A stretch of 64,000 nt of DNA from Lama glama (taxonomy: Eukaryota), in NCBI GenBank assembly GCA_028534125.1, contig CM052817.1:53756001-53820000 (forward strand), read 5' to 3'. Below are positions 23,810 through 36,545 of the stretch, piece after piece. The notes under the pieces are model-generated. The model did not search any database. It worked only from the letters and a program-made list of their open reading frames with translations, and had not been told where the DNA came from. The first letter of the stretch is position 1, and each line of letters opens with the position of its first letter. The translations under genes and the position numbers were made by a program.

Positions 23810-25434
23810 CTAGTCAAAAATATTAACTTCTGTTAGCGAGTAAATCGTTTCAGCTAGAAAATGTGGTATAAAATCTATGTGAGTTTTATTTTTAGATAAT
23901 TAATACAATAATTTTTTGCCCTACAGTTACAAGAAACTGTTTTCAGCATATATTTTACGTATATTTTATAAGACAATATTCATCCTGTCAAGATTGAAAT
24001 TTTGCATAATTGGAGGCTTTCAGAACACGTGCACACATACGTGTCCAATCACACCATAATGATACAATCTCTTAGTTGAAAAAAAAAAACTTAAGACTCT
24101 TCAAGACACTATTTTTAGCTTCATAGATTTGATATGAAGTCACCTATTGGCACAACTGTTCTTTATGCAGAAATCTAGTGAGAAAGTTAGAGAGGAGAGT
24201 GATGAAGAAACAAGAGGGAAAGGAAGAAGGAGACAGAATTTTAAGACAGAACAGAGCAAAAAGAACATGTTCGGCCAAGCATTTCTTTTAAATTTCTATT
24301 TCTTAGACATTCATTTCTCTTAAAGGAGGTCAAATTTGCAACTTAGGAATATAAAATTAAAAATATTTAAAATTCATTCCCTCAAAATAGTTCTAGTCAA
24401 TAACCACAGAGAAATGTGATTGCTTTTCTTTATAGCACTGTGATTAAATTCTTAATCCTGGTTGTAGTAAAAAACATGGATAATGTTTAAAATTTTGACT
24501 ACTGCCTATTTAGGCAAATAATACATAATAAAAATAAACAAGTAACTGCCCTAAAGCACACCTCCACTATCAACATCAAGAAAATAATCACTGATTACAT
24601 GTTCATCAACTAAAAACACATTCTAGGACAACTTACTGGTTTTACATTCAAAATTTTACATTAGTTATGAAATAACACTATATATATATGTTATTCTTAG
24701 CTCTTTATTGCTTTCACCTAAGTTCATATTTCCATATTTTGTGACAATGTAATACTATTTAAAACAAAGTTATAGAAATATGCTTTTTTGAGAAATCTCT
24801 AGAGTCAAAAGCAAAAAAAAAGCGTGAATGATACATTAAAATTAGTATTTAAAATTAAACATTACATCTTAACATATTAAGTTCAGTCTATTGAAGATAT
24901 AGCAAAATCAGAGATTAACTATATTCAGATTTGTTTGGAGAACTCACATTCACTGAATGCAAATAATGTGGTAGGAACAAAGACAGAGTCAGGTGAATCA
25001 AAGCATGGAGGAGGAGTGCCTGCTGGAAGTAGGTAGGGGGCCAAGGAAGGCGGCTCAGAGAAGAGGACTTCTGAGGGAATCTTCAAAAGATAGGTTGGAA
25101 TTTATCAGTTTAGAGGATGAAGTTGAAAGAGTGGACAGACAAGAAAAAAGAGGCATTCAGCATGAGTAAAACAGAGAGGCATGATGTGCTAAACTTTGAG
25201 GCCTTTCTCGGATTGGTAATGCCCAAATTACATATTCTTAAATATATTTTAATTATATTAATGTGTTTTCCAATCAGTCTCTTCTATGCTACATTTATCA
25301 ATAATTAGAAATAATTATTTTTATCCACTGTTTACACACTAATTCATATTTTATTTATTTTTTAAAAGAAATAAGTCCGTGCTAACTTGTGTGTGTGTCC
25401 AAGATGTGAGTTTGGGAGGGTGAGATGAAGAAGC

Positions 25435-25600
25435 ATCTACTTTTAAACCACTATTTGCTAAGAACTGTGCTAGGCCCCTCCCTCTAAATGATTCTGGGAA
25501 ATAATTATTACCTACATTTTATAGGTAAGAACACTGAATAGATTAAGTAATGAAAGTGAACTGAAAGACTGAAAAGGTTAAGTGATGTGCCTTATGTGAA
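25435..25600 (-). mobile_element. MIR fragment
   Basis: ctatttgctaagaactgtgctaggc ... attattacctacattttataggtaagaacactga ... aggttaagtgatgtgcc. Confidence 0.65.
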
Positions 25601-26810
25601 AAAATTCAAATCTCATAGATGCTCTATGGTCAGAAAAGTCTTACTAAAATGCCACATTTCCAGTATTTACATAAGACCAACATAAGGCATTATATTTTAT
25701 TAATATTATTATTAAAGTAAGAGATTATCTCCCTCTTTGTCTCTGGAAAAAATAAGGACAAACATTTAATTAGAACTCGAAGAAGCTTAAAATAATCTCC
25801 ACCCGAAAGTAAGTATTATCAATTACAACTTGTACTGAATTTATGACGCCTCTCCAAGAACCTAAACTTTGATCATAACCTACATCCCACTTTCTTTTTT
25901 CCTAATATACTCAGCAAGAGATATTTTTCTTCTTAGAAGAGAAAGTGGTTTCTAATGAAATGATCTAATGGTCTAATAATCTAAACATATATTTTGGGGG
26001 GGAGAGAGACAGAAAGAGAGGAGAGAAAGAGACCCACTCCCCTTCCTGTTACTTATAAAGGCAGCAATAGTGTATAATCCACAGGAATTCATCATGGACT
26101 ATTTACATTTATGAACAGCAGTTAAATGTTTTGAACTGATTATATAAACAGTCAGTAAATCTAGATATCTGGTGAAGCCAACTCCCACATTTAGCTAGAT
26201 TATTTACTGAATCATTACTGATCTTATTTTTCTATGATTTGAAATGGTAAGCATGTATTTTAAAAAGAAGAGAACAAAATAACATGGACAATGTCCACGA
26301 GATATTTCTCTTTATATTACAATAAAAGCTATTTGACTGCTCAATCATTTGTTTATTGCAATCCATTATTTCACATGATACTCCATCTTACCCCAATCAA
26401 ATACTGCATCTTATTATTTTAATGTGAGGTTGTCCTAGAATATATAAAGATAGGAAAGAAAATACACCTGACCAATGGAATATTTCTTTTATACTCTTTG
26501 ATCGGAAATAAAATAATTATGAAACCCTCTGAGATATATCACATAATTGAGTGCATAACAAAAGAAAAAGTAACAATTTTAATGTCACCAGTGGAGACAC
26601 TGGTGACATAATCACGCAATCCACATTTCAAAAAGGGGTGACAACTCAAAGTTTGATTTTTGTTAATGAGTTGAGTTGATCAACAAATAATCTAATAAAA
26701 CAAAATATCTCAAAAATAAAATACTTCATAATTCTCTAATCATAGGAGCAACTACTTTAAAATGAGTATATTATTGAAATTCAATCAGATGGCTTTAGAA
26801 AAACCTCCTA

Positions 26811-28530
26811 CAAGAAGTAAGATTGTTAAAATGTCCATATGACCCAATGCTGTCTATAGATTCAATGCATCTCTATAAAAATTCCAATGATATTTTTCAC
26901 AGATATAGAAAAAACAATCCTAAAATTTGTACAGAACTACCAAAGACCCCAAATAGCTAGAGCAATCCTGAGAAAGAACAAACCTGGAGACAGCACATTT
27001 TCTGACTTCACTCTATACTACAAAGCTATAGTAATCAAAACACTATGGTTTTATAAACACATAGATAAAGGAACAACAGCTCAAGAGTCAAGAAATAAAC
27101 CCTTGCATAAACAGTCAACTAATATCTGACAAGGGGGTCATGAATAATTAATGGGAAAAAGGCATTCTCTTCTATAAATGGTGTTAGGGAAACTGGATAA
27201 CCACATGCAGAATGAAATTGAACCCCTACCACCCACAACATTTAACTCAAAATCTATTAAAGACTTAAATGTAAGACCTGAAACCATGAAACTCCTAGAA
27301 GAAAACATAGGGGAAAAGCTAGACATTGGTCTTGGTGATAATTTTTTGGATATGACATCAAAAACACAAGCAACAAAGCAAAAGTAATAAATTGCACTAC
27401 ATCAAAGTAAAGCTTCTGCACAGCAAGAGAAACAATAAAATAAAATGACAATCTAAGAATTAAAGAAAATATTTGTAAATCATAAATCTAATAAGGGTTT
27501 AACATAAAAAATATACAGTACTTATACAACTCAAAAGCAAAAAACAGAACAATCCAATTTAAAAATGGACAAAAGAAATGAATGGGCATTTTTTTCCCTA
27601 AGAAGACATACAAATGTTTAACATGAAAAGATGCTCCACATAACTAGAAAAATAGAAATCAAAGCAACAATGAGATATCACTTCACATGTGTGAGAATGG
27701 CTATCATCAAGAAGACAAGAGATAAAAAGTATTGGTGAGGATATAGAGAAAAGAGTCTTTGTGCACTGTTGGTGGGTATGTAAATTTGTGCAGCCACTAT
27801 GGAAAACAGTATGGAGCTTCCTCAAAAAATTAAAAATAGAACTACAATATATGATCCAGCAATCCCACACTTGGGTCTATAACCAAAGGAAATGAAATCA
27901 GGATCTCAAAGAGACTTCTGCACTCCCATGTTCATTGCAGTGTTAGTCACAATAGCCAAGATATGGAAACAATCTTAGTTACCACCAATGATTGAACGGA
28001 TGAAGAAAACGTAGCACATATATACAATGGAATATTATTCAGTCACAAGAGGGAAGGAGATTCTGCCACTTGCAACAACAGTGGAAGGACCTTAAGGGCA
28101 TTATGCTTAGTGAAGTAAGTCAGAGAAAGATGAATGCTGTATGGGATCACTTACATGTGGAATCTAAAACAGGCAAACTCATAGAAACAGGTTAGATTGG
28201 CTACCAGAGGTTGGAGGGTGGGGGAAATGGGGAGATGTTGGTCCAAGGGTACAAACTATTAGCCATAAGATGACTAAGTTTAAGGAATCTAATGTATAGG
28301 GTGATTTTCGGTAACAATATTGTATTATATACTTGAAAGTTGCTAAGAGAGATTGTAAATATTCTCACCACAAAAAAAGGAAAATGTAATTATGTTAGAT
28401 GATAGAGGTATTAGATAATACTATGGTGGTAATGATTTTACAATATATTAATGTATCAAATCAATACATTGTACACCTTAAACTTACATAATATTATATC
28501 TCAATTATAGCTCAATTAAAAAAATGAAAT
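26811..28530 (+). mobile_element. 5'-truncated LINE-1 (~1.7 kb: ORF2 3' third, 3' UTR and A tail; L1MA9-like)
   Basis: ORF-track peptides FFTDIEKTILKFVQNYQRPQIARAILRKNK...DFTLYYKAIVIKTLW and NSKSIKDLNVRPETMKLLEENIGEKL are L1 ORF2 remnants with frameshifts. TSD aaaacctccta (26800-26810) / aaaatctccta (28531-28541). Confidence 0.95.
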
Positions 28531-28752
28531 AAAATCTCCTAAGAAAGTTTCTGCAGATTCAAAGAGAAATATTTTCACTTTTTTATAGAAAAAAGAAGTG
28601 AATGATAATTTCATGTCCTCCATATTCTCTGATGTTGGGCCATGATCCAATAAAAATGTCACCAAAATAAAAAAATTTCAAAATACAGAATGGATGAAAG
28701 CATAATATACTTATTACCAGTTATTATAAATCATAAAAGTAAGCTTCTAAAT

Positions 28753-28964
28753 CAAGGCTTGGCACTCTTTTTCATGAAGGGCCAGACAGTCAATATTTAG
28801 GCTTTGTGAATCAAGAGGAAAAACCAAGGATGCTGTGACTGTACTTATTTTGAATTTTAAATGTACCCATTTAAAAATGTAAAAACCATTCTTGGCTGAC
28901 TGACTGTAAAAATTAAAGGCCGATGGACAAATGTGGCCCACAAGCTGGAATTTGTTGAACTCTG
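28753..28964. mobile_element. MER58-like hAT-Charlie MITE
   Basis: caaggcttggcactctttttcatgaagggccagacagtcaatatttaggctttgtg ... aaaaatgtaaaaaccattcttggct ... tgtggcccacaagctggaatttgttgaactctg. Confidence 0.8.
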
Positions 28965-29696
28965 TTCCAATGAATCACAAAATTGAGCTTGATGACATAT
29001 ATTTTAAAGATTTTCACTTCTGTTAAATATGTTCAATATACCAAAAATTCTAGACTTGTTTTTAGATACTGATGTTCAGTATCTGCCTGGATATCAAATG
29101 CAATTCCTAGTTATACCAGTGATGTGTATTTGTAAGACTAATAAAAATAAAAATAATAATTGGGAAAACTCTATTAGAAACTGGCTAATAAAAAATAATC
29201 ACAACCAAAGTAATTCATGTATAAAATACAAAAAATCTTTTCTGCCCTGTAGAAAATTTCAATATTCACTCTAAAAATTTAAAACTTCTTAGTTCAATTT
29301 CCAGCTAATATATAAAATAAAGATACTTGGTAAATCTGGTTCACTATATTTGAATAAGTTATAACCATGATGGCCCAATATTCCCTTATTTACATGGACA
29401 AATGCTACCTTTTCCCTTAATCTCCTGATTTTTCTCCCATCTTTCCATGTATTTCTCTTGACAATCAGTTACAGGTTTCTTCTACAAAAATCTAGAAATC
29501 TTTCCAAGTGCTTAGTCTCTCTGACTTCTCTGAAGTGTTTCATAATACTGACCACTGTCTACTTTCGGACATTTTCTCTTATCTTTAACTCAGTGTATTA
29601 TCTTGATTCTCATCCTTCTCCTCAGATACCGCCTTCCTTCCATTTCTAACTCTTTCTCATCATTCACATGTCTCCTACTCTTTACACTCATCAAGT

Positions 29697-30055
29697 ATGG
29701 TAGACTGCTAGCTGTTTGTAATACCCAATTCCTCATCTTCCTGGGGTCAAAAAGGTAGACTATTTTTCCCAGTCTTCCTTGCAGTTTAGGTGGTACCACT
29801 GATAGTGTCCTAGGTGATGGAGGGTGAGTAGAAGTGATGTGAGCCACTTCCAGACCTTTTATACAGGATCCTCTCTTTCTCAGACTGTCTGCTGGATATC
29901 AACACCCTAGGTGACTGTGAAAGTCATATAGTGAGGCTGGCTGAGTCTTCATCAGCCTGTGCCCCTCCATGAGGCACCCTCATCAACTGGGCCATGAGTA
30001 AAAAAGATAAACGTTTATTGGGTTAAAAACTGAAATTTAGGGCATATGTATACTA
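29697..30055 (+). mobile_element. MLT1-type MaLR solo LTR
   Basis: agactatttttcccagtcttccttgcagtttagg ... gtagaagtgatgtgagccacttccagacct ... gataaacgtttattgggttaaaaactgaaattt. Confidence 0.75.
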
Positions 30056-30479
30056 AGTGTTTGAGAAGAATCACCCATTCCAACATAAGCTCTTTTCTAA
30101 AGTTAATTCTAATCCATTAGATTAGAATCCATCCTCTCCAACATCATAATCTCTTTTCTTTTCTGTAACCTACATTTATAGGTCTGAGTCATCATTACCA
30201 TTGTAGCTTGTATTTAAGATCATGTCGATATATTTTTAACACCTATCACTACATAAAATTGAAACAGTATAAAACTGGACTCATCTTGAAAAATGGATAC
30301 CTTTCTAAATTTTTATTTTTGGTCTATTAGTCTCTCAAGCCAAAAATATTTTTTTGGCTTGATAGATATTTTTACTCTTTATTTTGTTTTCCAAAGAAAA
30401 ATTTCAAGTCCCTTTCTTAGAAAGAAAAAATTCACATTTTACCATTTCATTTTCAGAGCCACGTCTCAATATTGCATAA

Positions 30480-30620
30480 TTATTTTTATTACGTCCATTT
30501 CACACATGAGGAAACTGGGGCATATAAAGGTTAATTAAATGGCCCAAAGTCACACAGCCTTTAAGTAGAGGAAGGAGGATTCAGACCCAGTCTTGGCTGA
30601 GGGATCTATGTGATCATAAC
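30480..30620 (-). mobile_element. MIR SINE core
   Basis: ccatttcacacatgaggaaactggggcatataaaggttaattaaatggcccaaagtcacacagc. Confidence 0.8.
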
Positions 30621-31379
30621 TATAAAGACCACATTTTTAACAGAGTTAAATGTATCAGATGAGAAAATCGATCTTGAGTTTTAAAAAACGCGATATAAGT
30701 GTTTGGTTGCTAAAATTAACTTTGAAAATGAATATTTTAGGTCCTTGTAGATATAGAAAAATCACAAAAATAGACCATATAAAAATATAAATATAATATA
30801 AATAAAAAATATAAAAAATATTGCTTTCTAATCATCAAAATCATAGGTTTTATAAAAGATGCTTTTAAAGAAAGGAAGTACACAGTCCTTTACTAAGCCC
30901 ATTAATTAAAAAAAATCTTTTTTATTGTGAAATGTATAGATATTTATATACAACCTAGTTTTTAATAAAATACAAAATATACATTTCCTATATCATGCTG
31001 TATATGTACATATATATATATATACACACATATATCCTATGCCTCCTTAATATCTTAAAAAAGCTATTTCTTAATATACAAACTCCATGTGTTACTAATG
31101 AAAATATTAAAGTCTATAAGGTCAAGTCTGCAAGAACATAATTTTCATGTATTGTCCAAATCAGAAAATATTTTGATTCTGTTTTTGCTGTTAAACACAT
31201 TCACCAACTTTCATGCTTGCATTTTATGTCTGTTTGTTTTTACATTATAAAAATAAAATTAATGAACTAATGTTATTTATTTCTTAGAGACAAACACATC
31301 AAGAATGAGTTATGTTATGAGTGCTTTGCTATCATAGAATGTATGCCATTTACTCTTGAATAAGAGAATCCTAGCTTAC

Positions 31380-31548
31380 CTTCTTTTGTAGAACACAATG
31401 GAAAATGAATATAAACATTCCCTGTAGAGAATTGAAAATGGTGAAGAGATATGCCATGATGACTGTGCTTTCATTAATATACATGAGTCCAAAGGCCCAG
31501 GTCAATCCTAACAGGCAGAGAAGAGCTATTGCACCTATAACCCATGAC
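31380..31548 (-). CDS. ADGRL3: ADGRL3 coding exon, TM6-TM7 (169 nt): (K)[56 protein letters not shown]
   Basis: Minus strand reads ttctctctgcAG|G TCA TGG ... CAA AAG AAG|GTaagc. Phase 2 in, phase 0 out. Contains the LLGLTW and FNSLQG adhesion-GPCR motifs. Confidence 0.98.
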
Positions 31549-34100
31549 CTGCAGAGAGAAGAGAAAGTTAAGGGTTATCAAATAATTCGTCTTTAAGTAA
31601 CACAGTCATATCTTATCAACAGTACTGACACTGAAAAAAATGTTACAGGAAGTTTTATTGACAGAAAATGTAACACAGGTGGTTTAAGTACTTGAAGATT
31701 TTAATGGGAACTTACAAGTGTTCAAGCTTGAGGAGATATATATGAATGAAAATGATACGAACACAGAAATTCATTTAAGCAAAAGCAGATTTGAACTATT
31801 AAATTATTCATATATTTGCAGCACATATGCAAATGATATGGAGATGTAATTATGGTGAATGGCGAGGGAGAAAAGTCTATAAAGCAATGTTAGTCTCCAC
31901 TGGTCTCATTGGTATGGTAACATTTGTTTGATTGGATTCTTTTCATTACTGCTTCATCTGATACACTTTTACCCCATTTTCCCAAATTTCCTCTTTTCCA
32001 TAAAATATTTAGTGTTTACTGACGAAAACAGAAGGAACCAGTGTATGGAATACATGTATGAATTTTTAAAGTTCTATTTTTCTGATTCTGTAGTTAAGTA
32101 GAACAAGTGTGAGATACAGTGGGTGGGAAAAAAACAGTTTTTTCCCCTCAAGATCACCATCTACTCTCTTTCAGCCTTTAGATTGCTGTCTTCTGGGTTA
32201 TGCTGGACTAGGCTTTGGAAACCAGGCAGTTGGCAGCTTTGTTGAAAAATAGGCTCAGGGCACCTTCATGTCTCTGCAGTGTCTATAAACTCAAGGGAGA
32301 AAATGAAGCTGAGAATGAGGATGGAGAGGTATGAAAAAGGAGCCCAGAATGGAAGACAAATTCTCACTCTTACTCCATTCCCTTAGTTTCCTCCAAGCTG
32401 CCATTCACAATAGTAATCAGTGGGTGAGACACCCATATATTTGTGGTTAAGTGTTATATATTTACCATCAACATAAAATGAATCTTTTCAATTGATGGAA
32501 ATCTAATAATTGAAAATGGAATCTTCTCGACTCCTCTCTAAGTATATAGGAGAATAAGCCCACGCCAGCATGGATCCTACACACTAATGAACCCACCCTT
32601 TCCTTTCCCAGCACATCTTATCTGAACAGGGTAAACCAATACTTTTTTTCCAGCAGACTAATATCCTCCACTTAAATTGTCTAAGGAAGAAATATTTATG
32701 GGGATTGAAACTTGGCAAAATGAAGAGGGAAAAAAATCACGTATGTTTAATATAATTTGAAGCTGGGTTTAATAAATTTTTCAGAGAAAGCTACCTCTTT
32801 AGAAAAATATGTCCTGAAGTAGTCAAATATTATTAACGTCTTGTTAAAATTAATCTCAAATATTTACTGTTTTTCTTCTATAACCATCAGTCCCTATATT
32901 TCAGATGCAAATATCCGCTAAGTTTAACATGTTTGATTTAAAACATTAATATTCTTAAGTAAAGAACGCCTAAAGGAAGCTTGCTATTGTGTGTGGTATG
33001 TTTGCTTATATGAATTAGAAAATATCTTGGATGTTACTATTTTATTCTACAAGCAGATTCAGAAATATGAGAACTTTCAAGATAATGCTCTCAGCTTCTT
33101 ACAGATATTGGAAAAAGGAAAAATGGGAAGAATCACCATTAAATAAAGGCAAAATTGCTATTCAGTTTTAGAAATAAAATGATAGGATAAAATACTCAAG
33201 TCAGTTATTATTCACTAAAAAAGACATGATGGGCCAACGTTAATGATATAAAACAGCAATGAGCCCAATTCCTAAAGAAAAAAATAAGCAAGAGCATGAA
33301 GAAGTAAGTGAAATGGTATTGGAGAAAATGAAAACAAAGGACTCTTCACCAGAAGAACAAACTGAAAGTCTATAGCAAGGTCACCCATCGGTTGCCAATC
33401 TTAAGTTTTGTTACAGGACATGTAATTTAAAAATGTACAAAGGAAAAGAGCCCAAATATTAACATTTGTGTTTATTCTTATTAGATTAGTACAGACTTGT
33501 AGCTTTGTTTCAGAAATTTAAAATGTACGTTCATAAACAGTTAGATCAGGAATCAAGTGACATATGTCAAATTTGAAAGAGATAATTTTGCATATGTAAA
33601 ATTTAATTTTTGAAGGTGTTTTTCTCCTTTTTGGATATTTAATGTAGAAATTCATTAATACCAATTGCAACTGGGTAGTTGCATCCCATAAGATCATTTT
33701 GAAGCTATAGCACTAAATCACAAAATAATTTTAGATGAATGATGCTCAAACAAACAACAGTAACGAGGACATATGCTGCACAGAGGAACACATCACAATG
33801 AAAGGAGAAAGCTACTAAAAGCGAAACAAGTCTGTACCACATGAAGTTGCTATTACTGTGGCACTGAATTCAGGTGATATCCAATTAAAAGTGGTGAAGC
33901 AGAATTTTTTTCTGGCAATACACCTGCAGCATATTTATTCTGCATAAAAGTTGTATGCCTGATTATTTTCCTGCACAGTTTGCTCTTCTGCCTCAATGTG
34001 AATGACAGAAGCTCTAATGATTTTTCAATACTGATCTGACAGCTGGTTCATGGGACCACACTGATAAATGGAATTTATCAGCCATTCAGGTCATTCTTAC

Positions 34101-34127
34101 TTGATGAAGGGTCTGTTATCCTCATAG
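34101..34127 (-). CDS. ADGRL3: ADGRL3 27-nt alternatively spliced ICL3 microexon: NYEDNRPFI(K)
   Basis: Minus strand reads atgcattcttTAG|C TAT GAG GAT AAC AGA CCC TTC ATC AA|GTaaga. Symmetric phase 2-2 and frame-preserving. The peptide matches the known LPHN3 ICL3 insert as I recall it. Confidence 0.95.
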
Positions 34128-35059
34128 CTAAAGAATGCATAGACATAAAGACAAGAACACCAACATTAGCATTTTATGACAAAGAATTTCATATGAAAAA
34201 TATTCTCCTGGTCCCCAAAGGCCTCTGTTCCCCACCTCCCTAAAAAGCATCATAACCTTCACTTTATATGTAGAAGGTAAATCTTAAAATGACCATGAGA
34301 ACTTAAATAACAAGGAATAAAATCAGTTTTACAATACTGCAATATCCCTTATGAGATGGAAAAAAATTCCATTTTTTCATCACGTGCTCATATTACTTGT
34401 GACTTGACAGAGACATTTATTTCTTAGAGATCACATTTCTCTAGAGAATGAGAAATCTTATGAGCAATCTGGAAAAGGCTTAGGGGCACACTTAACATGA
34501 CAGATTTCATGTCACCTAAAGGTCTCCTTATTCTATAATATTAGTAGGTGAGATTACTTAATTATGGACAGTACGCTTCTAAGTAATTTTAACTTGCAGA
34601 TGATTGACCTGAGTTAAAACTGAACATTATAGCCCTTTGAAAATAATCAACTTGACTACTTTAAAATTCCTTCTGATAGTGCGCTGCAAAAAAAATTTGA
34701 ATATTCTTTTGCAGTAATAGGAGCAAACATACAGCACCTGTTCATTTCCAACTGTATTTACTCATTTATTTGGCATCATTTTGATAAAATAAGATCCCAC
34801 TGCTAAATCAGTAAAGATAAGTTGGGGAATATTTTGGGTTTTTCTGTTTTTTGGTTTTTTTTTTTTTAACCAACATTGCTGCTGCTCATTGAATTATGAT
34901 AGGACCAAAAAGGAAGAGAAAACTGTTTCCTTTTTTCTTACCTCTTGCCAGAGGCAATAGTTTCCCTTACTATGCATACACAAATAAAGCTCTTAGAAAG
35001 GCCCCAATTGTGATGCATTTTGAACAAAGAGAACTACTGATAAAAAAAACTCACTCTCC

Positions 35060-35320
35060 AGAGTGATGAAAATGTAAAGAAAGGAGTCAGAGTCTGCGAT
35101 TTGAAGCCAGTTTGCCTGAGGTCTACATCCTAGTTTAGTCACTTACTAACTATTTGATCTTAGGCAAAAACTAATTAACCTGTGATTGTGTCAGTTTATA
35201 CATCTGTAAAATGGTGATAATTATAATGCAAGTTTCTTGTGATAATGAAATGATGTACTTTGTATCAAGTGCTCAGAACAGTGCCTGACATATTGTATTC
35301 AGTTAGTATTACATAGTTAT
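35060..35320 (+). mobile_element. MIR SINE
   Basis: ttgaagccagtttgcctgag...gtcacttactaactatttgatcttaggcaa...tcagtttatacatctgtaaaatggtgataat. Confidence 0.8.
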
Positions 35321-35511
35321 TATTAGACAATCTTCATACTAAAAATACAGAATTTATCAGCCACAGAATAAAATACCAGAAAATAACTGTTGGATGAATT
35401 CATTTGCGGATGTTTCAGGAGTAATATTATGCAGTAAAATAGATGTGGCAGAAACAAGTCTGTAGATGGAGCAGGAAGTGACTCTCCTGTCTAATATGGA
35501 GACTACTGGCA

Positions 35512-35680
35512 ACAGGGGTTTATTTAAATTCATTAAAATGAAATAAAGTTTAAAATTCAGTTCCTTAGTCACACTAGTTACATTATAAGTACTCAAAAGC
35601 TTCAGTAGTTGCCATACTGAACAGTGCAGTTATAGAACATTTCTGTCTTCACAGAAAGTTCTATCGGACTGTGTTGGACT
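35512..35680. mobile_element. MER3/MER33-like hAT-Charlie fragment
   Basis: aaaattcagttccttagtcacactagttacatt ... atagaacatttctgtcttcacagaaagttctatcggac. Confidence 0.8.
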
Positions 35681-36144
35681 AGCACAAACAAAGAGAGTTT
35701 TAAGCCAGAAAATGAAATTCCAAGAGATATTTAAATAATGCCATGGATGTGTGAAAAGATAGAGAAGAATTTCAAAGAACTGATCATATTCAACATCTGT
35801 AAATTGTACCTAGAAAGAAAATCTCATCCTTATATTAACATTGGAAAGTTATAGAACATAATAACATGATATTTATTTCACTATATGCATTGCTGTTTCA
35901 TCAGTATATTCTATCTGTGATGCCAAGTTCATGACTGGAATGACTCTATTGTAATTTATATTGTACCATGTGAAGTAAAGAAGGTTACAGAGTTTACCAT
36001 TTAGGAATACATGCAAAAATACTCTACAAAATTGTATTAAGCTATCCAAATGTTTCAAAAAATAAAATACAAAACTGGCACTATAATTGCTGGAGTAAAA
36101 TGTTTGCCTTTGATGTGAAATACCAAAAAAGTGAGGGTGCAGTT

Positions 36145-36545
36145 CCGCAGTTTCTGCTGGCAATTGTGGGCATCAGCCATTTTCTCTACTCATTAATAAA
36201 GACTGTAATTCCAGCTTTACTTAGAGTTAGCTATAGCTATGTGTACCTAGAATTAGACATGGCTATGTGTTTAAGTAGTGTCCACTGGAATGTGAACAGA
36301 AGTGAATTATGACATTTCTGGGTCTTGCCACTTAGAGGGTCAGAACTGGGCTTTCCATGACCATTTTTTTCCCTTCCCTTTTGCTAAGGAGAAAGTGACA
36401 GTGAAGCCTTAGACCTGGAAATGAAAGCTGTTTATTGATGGAGAGCTGCTGTATAAGATTTAGACCACCTATTTCTAGACTACCACATAAGTTTAAGCCA
36501 CTATATTTTAATTTTTTATAGTGTCTTAGCCTGCGTAATAATTAA
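36145..36545 (+). mobile_element. MLT1-type MaLR LTR, decayed
   Basis: gacatggctatgtgtttaagt...ccactggaatgtgaacagaagtga ... gtttaagccactatattt. Confidence 0.6.
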
